Shown here: piece by piece, positions 30,864 through 43,042 of the stretch
Position numbering within the stretch: position 1 is the first letter of the stretch
Layout of the letters: every line of letters begins with the position of its first letter
Assembly: GCA_000165425.1 (NCBI GenBank)
Contig: CT867985.1
Location: forward strand, 248,001-312,000
Origin: Paramecium tetraurelia
Lineage: Eukaryota
DNA: 64,000 nt
Direction of reading: 5' to 3'
Made by a program: the position numbers and the translations under genes
The notes under the pieces: generated by a model
The model's database searches: none
The model's input: the letters and a program-made list of their open reading frames with translations, nothing else
Told to the model about the DNA's origin: nothing

Positions 30864-31732
30864 ATGTTTGAATAAGTGAGCAATTCTCGGTTAGATGATA
30901 TTAATTATGAAATGAAATATTACAATAATAAATTTCTAGATGTTAAATTATCAGGGAAATTTATGGGTTCGAAAAAATTATGTATTAGGCAATAGGGTAA
31001 ATCATACTTGATATAATTTAATAAGACCTAATATCCTTTGTTTTTGGGGACAGTAGCTGGGACGCTTTTGCTTTACTTATATTGTGATTTTGTTTTACTC
31101 CAAAAATATTGTGAGATCCCAAATTTAAGTAAAGTAATTGTAACATTTCAGATACTATCAATTTATTCAATGTTCAAGGTCAATATGACAGGTAAAGTAA
31201 CACCTTTTAGATTTTAGAACCAGGAGTTCAAATGCAAACGATTTAAGATGATAAATATTTTGATGGCAAATTGTGTGAAAAATGCAAAGCCATTAAAATT
31301 GATCGTTGTTATCATTGCAAATTTTGTGATCATTGTGTAAACGATTTTGAAGCGCATTGTTTTTTGATGGCAACTTGCATAGGCAGGAGAAATATAAAAT
31401 ATTTGTTAGGGCTAGTCACATTTACAGGGATAGCGTTATACTTATTATTACTTATTTTGATTTATAAATGTAGAAGTCACTCTAATAATTATAGTATTTG
31501 TATCGGATTGTAAGAAAGAGCTAACCTTTATTATTCTAAATATTGTGAGTCTGGTTTTGACATTGGTTCACTTGAATCCGTTTATATATACGACTTGGAG
31601 AAATGCATCATAAGTAATGAAAATCTTAAGTTTATAGAATTGGACAAAAAAAGAAATGAATAGAACCAAATTCAATGGATCACTTTCATATATTTATAAT
31701 AATTACAAATAATTCTTTACTCGATTTTATGA
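30864..31732 (+). CDS. Divergent DHHC palmitoyltransferase-family protein (EAHC variant)
   Basis: Two TM segments and EPG, then CEKCKAIKIDRCYHCKFCDHCVNDFEAHCFLMATCIGRRNIKY, then two more TM segments. Three introns. Confidence 0.8.
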
Positions 31733-31940
31733 TAGTTAATTATATGCAAGTTTTATGTAATATTGAATCATTATTATGTGTAAATACCATTGTTAAATAC
31801 ATTGTTAATTTATGCTTCAATTAAAAAGGAGTTCTAATATTTCATGTTTTATTGAATAAAAATATTTTGAATTTGTTATAATTTCTTTAAGTCTTAAATT
31901 CTGATCGCGCAATTTTAATTTAAGAAATAATAAATATAAA

Positions 31941-33984
31941 ATGAAAATTAATAATAATATTCCAAATTATCTAAAATTACCACATATTGGACATTAATGG
32001 AAATTCTTGAAAAACATAGAACTAAGTACATTTACTAATAGCAGTATGGAATAATCATGCAAAAATAATAATAGCAGTTTGATGACTCATAGTAATGTGG
32101 GTCCTAATCGAACTTAATATGAAGAAACTCCATAAAATAAGAAAAAAAGATTGATAAAAAGTTAATCTATAGATGTCGATTAATAATTGTATTAAATTGA
32201 TTCAGTAAGAGAATCGAATTGTGATTAAGTGAAAAAGATAGCAGAGAATCTAATTAAATAATACGATAACGTGAAAGTCTCTGAAAAATAGAAGAGTGCT
32301 TTAATGCTCAAAAAACAATTGACTCTTAATAACTAAATAGTGTAAAAACCACATCTTGATAAATGTTAATCATTATATCAATTGTAAAATGAAAAAAAAT
32401 AGAACGCTAAGTAACCTGAAACCAGTGAAATCAATTCATTTACTCAATTTTTTCAAATAGTTTAAAATCAAGAATAAAGCAAAGTTAAGAAAAGAAAATG
32501 TTAAATCAACTTTTTCAAGAAGAGTTAATCTATGGATACTATAGATGTAGTAGAACACCAGAAAAAGATCACAAAATTACTTTTACAATAAAAAATTAGA
32601 ATTAAACCTAAGTTCTCTTCAACGATTAACATCTAGGATCTCCTTTAGTAAAATTGAAATAAATTAAATGAATTAAAATTATTATCAAATATGTTAATCT
32701 CGAAGACAGATAATGATGATCAATAAGAAGGTGTAGTTGATCCAAAATTACCAGTTTGTCCAAATTGTGGTTCCGCAAAAGAGGGCATTTTAGAATAAGG
32801 ACCATCTCCTGCATCATTCATAATTTCTCTGATATGCCTTTACTATTGTGGAATTTGGTCCGTGTTGCTTATTCCATTAGTATTTTAATCAACTAAAGTA
32901 ATAATTTTAGATCTACATATAGGTAATAATAAAAAGGTGTTAGTATTGTAATTAAGAATTAGAAAAAAGGAATTATTTTCAATTACCAAATATAAATGAT
33001 TAAGTTATGCAATTTAAATTTGGTAATTGTATGATAGTGGCTTCTAGGAAATATGCATTGATTCTATTGGGCATAATATTTTTGTTATTCTTTTATTTTT
33101 AATAATAAATAGAAAAAGAGCCTATAAAAATTGAGATTGATTATCCTACTGATAAATCCTGGATGGATTTCTTATAACTTTGTGGGAAATTTTAGTTTGT
33201 TGAGAATGGACTTAAGGCAAGACATCAATTTGAAACTAACTTTAAAGGTAAAATTGTTGCTTGGAATGGGTATGGCTTTATTTTATATTTTAGGATTTAT
33301 GTCAAAACTAAATCTAATAATGATATGAATTATTCATACAGTCATTGGGTTTATATTAAAATGGATCCAACAGAATCAACAGATGACATACCAGATGTTG
33401 TATTAGGTGTAAATTCATAATAATATTCAATTGAAAAATTTAACCTTTTAGAGCAAGGATAATCAATCAATTTTAATGCAAAATTTATATCATTAGGATC
33501 TGAATATAATTTTCACATTTTAGAGCTAAAATAATTAGAAATTAATACTTCAGAGAGTTTAGTGGATATAAAATAGATAAAAAAATTTACTTTGATTATG
33601 GATTAATCATAATAGCTTAAACAAACCAAACTGCAGGATTCATTAAAGCGTATGATTCATATGTATTAACCAAGGAGAAATGATAGTCAATCTGATAATT
33701 AAAATAATGTTTTTAGGATGGGATTAAGTGCTGAGGAAATCTAAAAAATTGAAGAAGATATTGAAGAATTATAAAAATAATTGGAATTAGAGGACCAATA
33801 AGAAAATGAATAAGTTGTTGATTAAAGCTCACAAATTAAGAATGATTAACTTGAAGATAAAGTATAAAAAGAAGAAAAAGATAGGGATATGACTTAAAAA
33901 CTTGAAAATAATTAGGATAAATAAGTTGAGAAGGAAGAGTCTACAAAAGATAGTTCAATTGAGAGCAATTTAGATTAATAATGA
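31941..33984 (+). CDS. Membrane protein with LITAF-like Zn domain and wolframin-like C-terminal domain
   Basis: CPNC-hydrophobic-RCQYC, a TM segment, then WMDFLQLCG..FKGKIVAWNG..DVVLGV..LEQGQSINFNA..FHILEL, and an acidic tail. Confidence 0.7.
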
Positions 33985-34036
33985 GAATGAGAAAAATATA
34001 AAATTTGAGAATAATTGTTATTTAATTAATTAATAA

Positions 34037-34243
34037 ATGGAATTTCTCAGCGATCTTGATTTTTTACCAGGAAGCATTAATCCAAAGTTGAAGGGTTTAA
34101 TATATCTCATCACAATAATACATGCATTGGCTGTGCTTATATGGATTGTATTATTGTGTAGAGCATAAGGAAGAAAGACAAATTCTTTTCAAAGTTATGT
34201 GGAATAAGTGATGGGTGAGGAAACCAAAATTAAGCATCATTGA
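34037..34243 (+). CDS. Small single-TM protein, 68 aa
   Basis: MEFLSDLDFLPGSINPKLKGLIYLITIIHALAVLIWIVLLCRAQGRK..HH*. Confidence 0.7.
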
Positions 34244-34300
34244 GTAATTGTAATTTATTTACAACAACATTATAATAACAACACATATATTAATTATCAA

Positions 34301-36253
34301 TCATTTTATTTTATATGCGGTTTTTCGTGGGTTTTATATGTTGTGATTATATTTTAATATTTTGAATCATTTAAAATTTGGACATCGTTTACTTCAAATT
34401 AACATAAGAATAATTACAATTACATGAGTCATTCTATAAATCTGATTCAATGAGGCTATCAAATAGATTTCTTAGATCCTAATCTAAATGAATTAGAATT
34501 CTTTGGTCCAACTATTCTTAATTATTCAGTTTCTTTATTTTCTTATAAGCCTTGTAAGCCTCTTGAACCTTCATTTCATGTGTTAGTTCTTCTTTCAGAA
34601 GATATGAAAACTCTATTTGTCGTTCTTGGTTCTACAATAGTTTATCGTTTGAATTAAGTATTAAAGAATCCGAAACACAGGGTTTTGGAAAATAATTAAA
34701 CAATTTCAACTAGTTTTCAGTGAATAAAACCATCTTTAACTTATCTATTTCAAATAATTTGTGCAATATAAACTATATATATCTAACTAATTACTGTTAT
34801 GTCCAATTTCTATAGTATTTTTCTTTGACTGTATTCAAATTGCTTTCTTTGCTTCTTTTAACTACCAAAAATGAAACCACATAAATCAGATAGGTTCAAT
34901 TTTAGTAAAGTTTTTCTCTCCCTTAAGAATTATGCAATTTAAGTAGTATCTGATATTTTTTCTATTTACAACTTTTAAGTAGTAAAAGATTTCTTAATTG
35001 TTGATTTAGACTGAGGAGGACTAAGTAAATTACTTCTATTCTAGGATATGGAACAATCATCGAGAATTGCATTTGTTTTGTATGAGAATGTGAAAAACTT
35101 ATTAATCAAACTTAATTCCATAAACCCTTAGATAAATGGCATAATGAGAATTGAGATTATAAAATACATAGCTTGCCAAAGACCTCCTATTGTACCTATT
35201 ATATCTTGAATCTTGGGATATGATCTATTATAAAAGGTTTATCTAAATAACAATGAACTACAACCTAGGATCTAATTGATAAACATATTCTATCAGCTTA
35301 TTTGTATCAACTGCATCTGACGACTCCTTTTCTAGGTAATTCTAGTAACTATTTCGTTCTTAAAGATCCTCGATGAATAAACCAACATCTGTTTGAACAT
35401 ATACAGTCTTATGGTATGCAATTATAGTCTTTTAGGTTTTCTAGGCAAATATGGCCGAACCTTGACGAATAGATGGAACAAAGAATTCTTCAGGTTTCTT
35501 CAAATCTAACAGTTAATCTTGCACATAATAAACTAGTAATCCTCCTGGAAAATTTGCTTGGATGTAGTCTTTTGGGTAACAGGTATTATTTTCACTTTTG
35601 TTTTAACACACAAGCAAATTGAATTTAAGATATCTAAACTCATTAGAGGCAGCTGATCCTTGAATAGACTATAGAATATGGATTAACATATTACAAAAGG
35701 ATTTGCTATCCATTCATCCTGATTTATGCAATAAATATTACTTTTATTAAATTGTTAAAAATAAGCTTTTTAAAATTATGCCTCAAAATTACTATCTTCA
35801 CAATTATTCATACTATAATTAAAACATTCTTAAGTTATTTTTCTGGTTTCAGTATCTCTCTTCCTATAACATTAGGTAAACTACAAACTAAATAGGGTAT
35901 CAAGCCCATAAATGTTGTCCAGGTTGAATTTATTTACGCTTATTACAAAAGTAAAATTGTTTGGCATAAGTATAAAATTCTTAGAAAATACAAATTATAA
36001 TTACTGGAGTTTCTTATTCTTATTGATCAGAGGAGACTACCGAGGGATTTGTTTTTTGAATAACATCCACAATATTGTTAATTGCTAATATTAAAGAAAG
36101 TGTAATTAAAATCAGGGACATAATTATTCCAAGGGGAGTAAAGAATTTATCATTTTTATTAATTCTTAGTTATACTTCTTATGCAAAGAGATCTAAATTT
36201 TACAAAAGGGAGCAGATCTTTTTACTGTAATTATTTCTTTCAACTTTTTACAT
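34301..36253 (-). CDS. Two-TM protein with a large Cys-containing loop (ciliate family, ENaC/DEG-like topology)
   Basis: LDLFAQEVQL..FTPLG + TM1, then a loop with several Cys, then NRSYPKIQDIIGTIGGLWQAMYF + TM2 and a cytosolic tail. Confidence 0.75.
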
Positions 36254-36434
36254 TAATTTAAATTCAAGAAATCATAGTTTAATGATAATTTAATCACAAA
36301 ATATTCTTTAAGTTATTTCACATACTATTTTCGTATCACATAATTATAATCGCTAAAGCTAATAGATAATGATTTTATTATAGAATTACCGATTATTCAT
36401 TTATTATTAATTAATTTATAATTCCTTTAAGTTA

Positions 36435-37360
36435 ATGCTTGATTATCTCTACCTCGTAATAGAATTATATGGTCTTAGAACCGTGCTTTATTTTGTATTT
36501 TTGTTACTAGGAGAAATATATAAATGCTTGTAACCATTTCCAAATCTTAAGAAAAAATATGGGTAGGATTGTTGGGCAGTAGTTACAGGGGCAACAGATG
36601 GAATTGGAAAAGCTTATTGTTAAGAATTAGCGAAATAAAATGTTAATGTTTGTATGATTATCAGAAATAAAGAAAAAGGAGATAAATTAGTTTAGGAATT
36701 AAGTGCTAAATCTACGTCTAAGTTTAGAATTGTTATAGCTGATTTCTTACAATGTGCAGAAGTAGATTTCTTTGATAAAATTTATGAGTAAATCAAGGAT
36801 CTCGATATAGGAATACTTATAAATAATGTTGGAGTTTCAATGGTATATTCTTAATTCCTATTCATAAGAAAAACCCTTTTGAGAGACAACAAGAATCTGA
36901 CATTCGATAAATGCTTACAATAAATATATTCCCTGTGGTTTTCCTGACAAAAAAAGTTCTGCCAATTATGAAACAAAGAAAAAGTAGATCTGCTATCATC
37001 AATCTATCATCTGTTGCAGGTAGATTGCCATTGCCTTATCATTAAACCTATTCTGCAACAAAAGCTTTTGATGATCATTTTTCATAATCTTTAGCGATAG
37101 AAGTTGAGGGAATAGATATATTGTCACATCGACCATTTTTTGTTACTACTCCTTTGACAAATTATGAAAAGGAGGCTGGAGCAATTACACCAGAATAATG
37201 TGCTCGAGGAGGATTATAAAGATTGGGTTTGGAAGTAACAAGCCATGGATATTGGTATCACAGGGTCATGGGAGTTTTATTAACTTATATCATACCTTAA
37301 TCTATTAGAACAAAGTAATTGAAGTAAGTTTTGATTAAAAGAGCAAAAAAGAATCAATGA
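36435..37360 (+). CDS. Short-chain dehydrogenase, very-long-chain 3-oxoacyl-CoA reductase (KAR/17bHSD12-like), copy 1
   Basis: N-terminal TM anchor, WAVVTGATDGIGKAY, LINNVG and YSATK. Confidence 0.92.
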
Positions 37361-37426
37361 TCCTAAGGTTTTGTGTTAAAATTTAAGGAAATTTTACAAA
37401 ATAAATACAACATTATTTATTTAATT

Positions 37427-38363
37427 ATGTTCTTTTTTATCATTGGATCAGCCACAATAGCTTTTATTGTATTCAGAATTTTAGAAGAAATCTATAAGTG
37501 CTTACAACCCTTTCCAAATATATAAGCTAAGTATGGCAAAGACTGTTGGGCAGTTGTAACAGGGGCATCTGATGGGATTGGAAAAGGCTATTGCCAAGTT
37601 TTGGCTTAATAAAATGTGAACATTTGCATGCTTGTCAGAAATGAGGAGAAGGCTAAAAAGTTGATTGAGGAGTTAAGTAAGGGATCAACCTCAAAGTTTA
37701 AGATAGTTGTGGTTGATTTTAACAACTCTTTGGAGGAAGGATTTTTTGATAGAGTATACAAATAGATTGAAAATTTGGATATAGGATTGCTAATAAATAA
37801 TGTTGGAGTATCACATGTTTAAATATAATATTAATATTGTAGACAAGACCATTAGAGAAATACAATGACAATGAACTAAGAGAAATGATTACAGTTAATT
37901 GTTTCCCCATTGTATTTTTGACAAAGAAGATAATTCCTAAAATGCTTTAGAGAACAAAATCTGCAATAATTAATTTATCATCATTCGCTGGAAGAGTCCC
38001 TCTGCCTTATCATTAAACATATGCTGCAACCAAAGCATTTGATGATTTCTTTTCAAGATCAATAGCACTTGAATATACAAATATTGATATTATGGCACAT
38101 AGACCAATGTATGTAACAACAGCAATGACAAATTTCAAGAAAGGACAAGGAGCTATATCACCAATTTAGTCTGCCAAAGGAGCATTGTAATTAAATTATA
38201 TGTAGTATAATAGACAACGATTGGGATTAGAATATTCTACTCATGGACACATTCTACATAGAATTCAGGGATTTTTCGGTGCTGTTGTTGTACCATCATT
38301 CTTAAGAAATAAATTAGTGAAAAAAGAATTGAAAAAATTAGTAAGAAAATATTTGTGAAATGA
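37427..38363 (+). CDS. KAR/17bHSD12-like SDR, tandem copy 2
   Basis: Motifs WAVVTGASDGIGKGY, LINNVG and YAATK. Confidence 0.92.
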
Positions 38364-38454
38364 ATAATATATATATTAAAATTAATATTTATGTGTTTAT
38401 AAGTGAAATAAATAATTAGGTTTTTGAGGAATAATAAATTAATTAATATTATTA

Positions 38455-40864
38455 ATGGATTAGGACTAGAATCTATTGACTTTAGTGGTTTAAATAATAT
38501 ATACAAATAATGAGAGACATCTAAACTGTGCGTTTTTAGATCAAGATCGAAGAATGATTGAAGTGTGTGAATTTCAAGACAATGAACATTTTAGTGTGTT
38601 TGAGTGTCTGGTTCTTTAAGTAAATCCAAGTAATGATAAATTTAATACTTTCAGATGGATAGGATGCTAAATTAACAGTGTTGATATAAATGCCCGAGTT
38701 AGAGAGTGAGAATAGAAAAGTGCGGGATATTTTAGAATAGTGTGAATTTGAAGTAATTGAAAAAAACAAAAAAGATTTTTCAGAAATTAATCTTTCCAAT
38801 CTAAACAAGGTCTTGAAGAAGAATTTTAACACATGCAGAGTTGAAGAGTAGATTTGCACTCAATGTATTCAATGTTTATTAGAACATACTCGTCTTTACA
38901 AAGATGACACAAATACTTAAAAATTTAATATAGGATTACTTAACTTACATAAATTTATGAGGTTAGACTTGGCAGCCATCAATGCCTTAATGATATTCCC
39001 AAAGCAAGGCATAAAATAATTTGACAGTGGAAACAATGCTAGCACTTTAGTTGATTATTTGGATAGATGTATTACTCAAATGGGAAAAAGATGTTTAAGA
39101 AGATGGATCAAAATGCCATTATAATCAATACAAGAAATCAATTAAAGATTGAATATAGTCGAGTACTTGTATTAGAACTCTTCCTTCAGATAATTTTTAA
39201 ATGAAGACTTTTTAAAAAGAATACCTGATTTAGACAAGTTATATGCCAAATTCTATAAGGTGGCAAGTGATAAGAGGAATAATGCTAATCTTAGTGATTG
39301 TGTTAAAGTTTACTAATTAATCCAAAAAATCAAAGACATAATCAAAAGAGTCAATCAAGAAATGTATTAGAGTCAAAATTCCATACTTTAAGAGATATTT
39401 CTTAAACCTTTTGAAGAAAACTTAAGTGATTTCGAGAAATTGGAAGAAATGATTGAGAAATCCATTGATTTAAGCAAAGCTTACACTGGTGAATTTATTG
39501 TAAATCCTAGATTTTCTGAGAAATTAATGTAACTTAGTAAAAACATTACATAATGTATGAATGACATTGAAAATGTAAGGCTAGACACTGAAACAGAATT
39601 AGGAATCACTGTTACTCTAATTGAGTCTGGAACATATACCTATATTTTTGAAGCTAAAAAACAAAGTGCTGATGAAGCTTTTAGAAAAAATCCTAAAAAA
39701 TATAAGACTATTTCTGTGAAGAATAGAGCTCTAACCTTTACAGTAGAGAAGCTACAGTCAACTGTTGCTGATTATGTTCATTTTAGAGATCTTTATTAAG
39801 AAGTTCAATAGGAAAAAGTATAAGAAATTTTGAAAATTGTTTGTTCTTACTATCCCGTTATGGAATAAGCATCAAGACTGATATCAGAAATAGATGTCTT
39901 ATCAGCATTTGCATCAGTAGCTAGAAATGCTCCAAGAGCATTTGTCAGACCAATATTTACCGAGAAAAAGGAGATTTTATTAAAAGAATCTAGACATCCA
40001 TTGTTAGAAGCAATAGATTCTACCTGTATTGTAAATGATCTTGAAATGGATAGAAAATCATCAAGATTGCATATAATAACAGGACCCAATATGGGTGGAA
40101 AATCTACTTACATTAGGTAAATTGCCATTTGTGTGTTGCTGGCACATATTGGTTGTTTTGTGCCTTGCACTACTGCAGTTGTACCTGTAATAGATGCCAT
40201 AATCACAAGAGTAGGAGCAAGTGATGTTTAGACCAAAGGTATTAGTACTTTTATGAGTGAAATGCTTGAAGCAAGTTGTATGTTGAAAACTGCAAAACCT
40301 GATTCCTTAATAATAATTGATGAATTAGGAAGAGGAACATCCACTTCTGAAGGATTTGGAATTGCTTGGGCCATTGCTGAACATATAGCAAAATAAATAT
40401 AATCTTATTGTTTATTTGCAACTCACTTTCATGAAATGACACTTATGGAACATGAAATTACTGGAGTAAAAAATTATTATGTAAGTTGTGTCACAGAAGA
40501 TGATAAAATTACCATGGAATATAGGGTTAGATATGGAGCTGTAGATAGGAGTTATGGATTATTGGTTGCTCAAATGTTAAAGTTTCCAAAGGAGGTTATT
40601 GACGATGCTAAATAAAAGGCAATAGAATTGGAAACATTCGAACATAATCTAGAATCAAATTTTATTGATGAAGAAGTCCCGATCTTTAATAATATTGATG
40701 ATGAACTTCAATACAAGGTTAGAAATAGTACACTTCAAGCAAAAGAGAGAGTGATCAAGGAGGCAGAAAAGTGGAAAAATGAGTTAACAAATGAAAAGAA
40801 TCCTTAAAAAAGAAAAGAAATAATTGAAAAAAGGAAACAAATCATACTAAAATTATTAAAATGA
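38455..40864 (+). CDS. MSH2: DNA mismatch repair protein MSH2 (about 794 aa, no domain I)
   Basis: [55 protein letters not shown] and FATHFHE. One 25-nt intron. Confidence 0.95.
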
Positions 40865-40971
40865 GATTAAATTCAGTTTTTCATATTCATAATTTATAAA
40901 TTTATTTATTATCGATAAACAATAAATAATAATGTTATGCAAATAATGAAATAAAATATAATATTGATATT

Positions 40972-42999
40972 TCATCTGGTCAATTGTTAGCTGTTAAGAC
41001 ATAGCTTTATTAATTTGTTTAAAGGAATTTGTATTGATATTCTTCGATGCATTTTTGGTTCTCAGTGTATTCAATGGTTTTTCCTAGATATTAATATTAT
41101 TGAATACCATTATAATCCATTTCATCAAAAAGAATCACTTTAGCACCAGCTGGGACTTGAATTGACTTGATTTTGCTTGGATATTTAGCTAATTGGAAGT
41201 TAGGTAAGTCTTCACACATGTTAAATGATTTTCCTATGTAATTTATAGAAAATAATAATTACCTGTATAATTGCATTCTGTATAAAGAGTGGCACAAGCA
41301 TCTGGTTTTTCATAATAGAGTTTAAATCCTTTAAGTGCAAATGAAGCATTGTCATTGTTTTTTCCAATAGTGGTTGATATAAGTAAATCCAAAGTGGGTG
41401 TTTCATGTCCAATAACAAAATCAACAATAGCATAATTTTCAAATCCATCTCCTCCACAAATATCAGCAAGTCCAGGATCTCCAAATCCAAATGTTCTTTA
41501 CCAAACATTTAATCCATCAACTTTTAACAAAATAATCTTCTCCATTCCAATTATCAATCTTCCATGCTTCAAATGCAATTCTAATTCTTTTATGAGCAGG
41601 TAAATTGAATTTTCTAGTGATTTTAGCATCTTTTCCAGTCTTATCAAAACCACCAAAGAATTTGAATTCTCCACATTGTGTTGTAAAATCTGGTCCATTT
41701 TTACCATCAGCAACTTTCCAATCTGCATTAGCTGTCCAACCTGCTCCTTAGAATTCTGAAGTGAATTCAACCCAATCTCCTTTCAATACACAACCAGATC
41801 CATTTCCATCTTCTGGGTCCAATAATACGTAAGGAGAAACACAAGCTGTACAATCTTCAACACTTGGTCCAGTACATGTTGCACAATTGCTTGAACATTA
41901 TGCAACATACAATTGGAATTATCTAATACCCCATGATGCTTATTTGGATGACTTCTTGATTGTGGATGTCCATTTAACAAGAGCAGCACCATAATTATGT
42001 GGAGTTTCAAAGTTAACATTAATAATCTTTTCTGTTCCATCAACACCTCCTGGACTGATCTTATCGCAAATGAAGAATTCCTTATCCTCTACTTAAGCAA
42101 CATTTTATTTCCATTTTTCTTGATTATCAATAGACAAAACTGCATTATCATTATCCCAATTATCAATCTTCCAAAATTATGCTATCACCTTAATTCTATA
42201 ATGTGGAACAAGTTTATCAAAGATTTTTTAGATTGATACATTATTACCAAAATTGCCAGGACCACCAATAATTGGAATTCCTACACAAGTGCTTGATTTA
42301 ATGACAGTTGAAGATCCTTTTGCAGTCCATCCATCAGCATCTATATTCTTTATCCAACTTGATGATACTGGCACCCACATTTAACAAACAATAGCATCTG
42401 GTCCAAGACATGTACCACATTCAGCTGGACATGGCAAATAGGATAATTTCAATTTTCTAATACCCCAAGACATCTAAAGATTTGTAATTATTATACTTTA
42501 TCTGCAGTCTTATCAGCGGAAGATGCAAATGCAATAAATAATGCTGCATGATTATGAGTTATTGTTTAATCAACTGAGAATGAATTCACATTGCCCCCTG
42601 CTGGAGTTGCGCATCTCTTTGTTCCATCACTTCCAGTCCACATAGTTTCCCAAAGGTAATTATCCAAATAAAAAAATTATCTTTGAGTGTCCCATGCATC
42701 AAATCTAAAATTAATGAATTGTTATACTTCCAGACTTCAACTTATACTTTAATCTAAAAATGTGGAGGCAATTAAAATTGTCTGGTCACTATGGCTCCTT
42801 TACCAAATGCCTTAGGTCCTCCAAATACAGCTGCATCTGAACAAGTAAAGAAATTATCAGTTTAAGCTTTTGAAATTTATCCTTGTATTGTCCATCCATC
42901 TAATTAACCTACGTCTGCATTAGAAAATGCAGAGTAAAATTCAACGAATTCTTGCGATGTTGCAAGCATCACAAAAATTGCAATCACGATGAATCTCAT
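40972..42999 (-). CDS. Secreted/surface protein with repeated PPH..IDxWD domains, furin-like Cys linkers and a C-terminal beta/gamma-crystallin domain (PCM-like)
   Basis: Signal peptide MRFIVIAIFVMLATS, Cys linkers CPAECGTCLGP and CSSNCATCTGP, and C-terminal LYTECNYTG..IKSIQVPAG..LFDEMDYNG. Confidence 0.8.
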
Positions 43000-43042
43000 T
43001 TATATAAAATAATATTCAAAAACGCATAATTTTTTAATTTAT

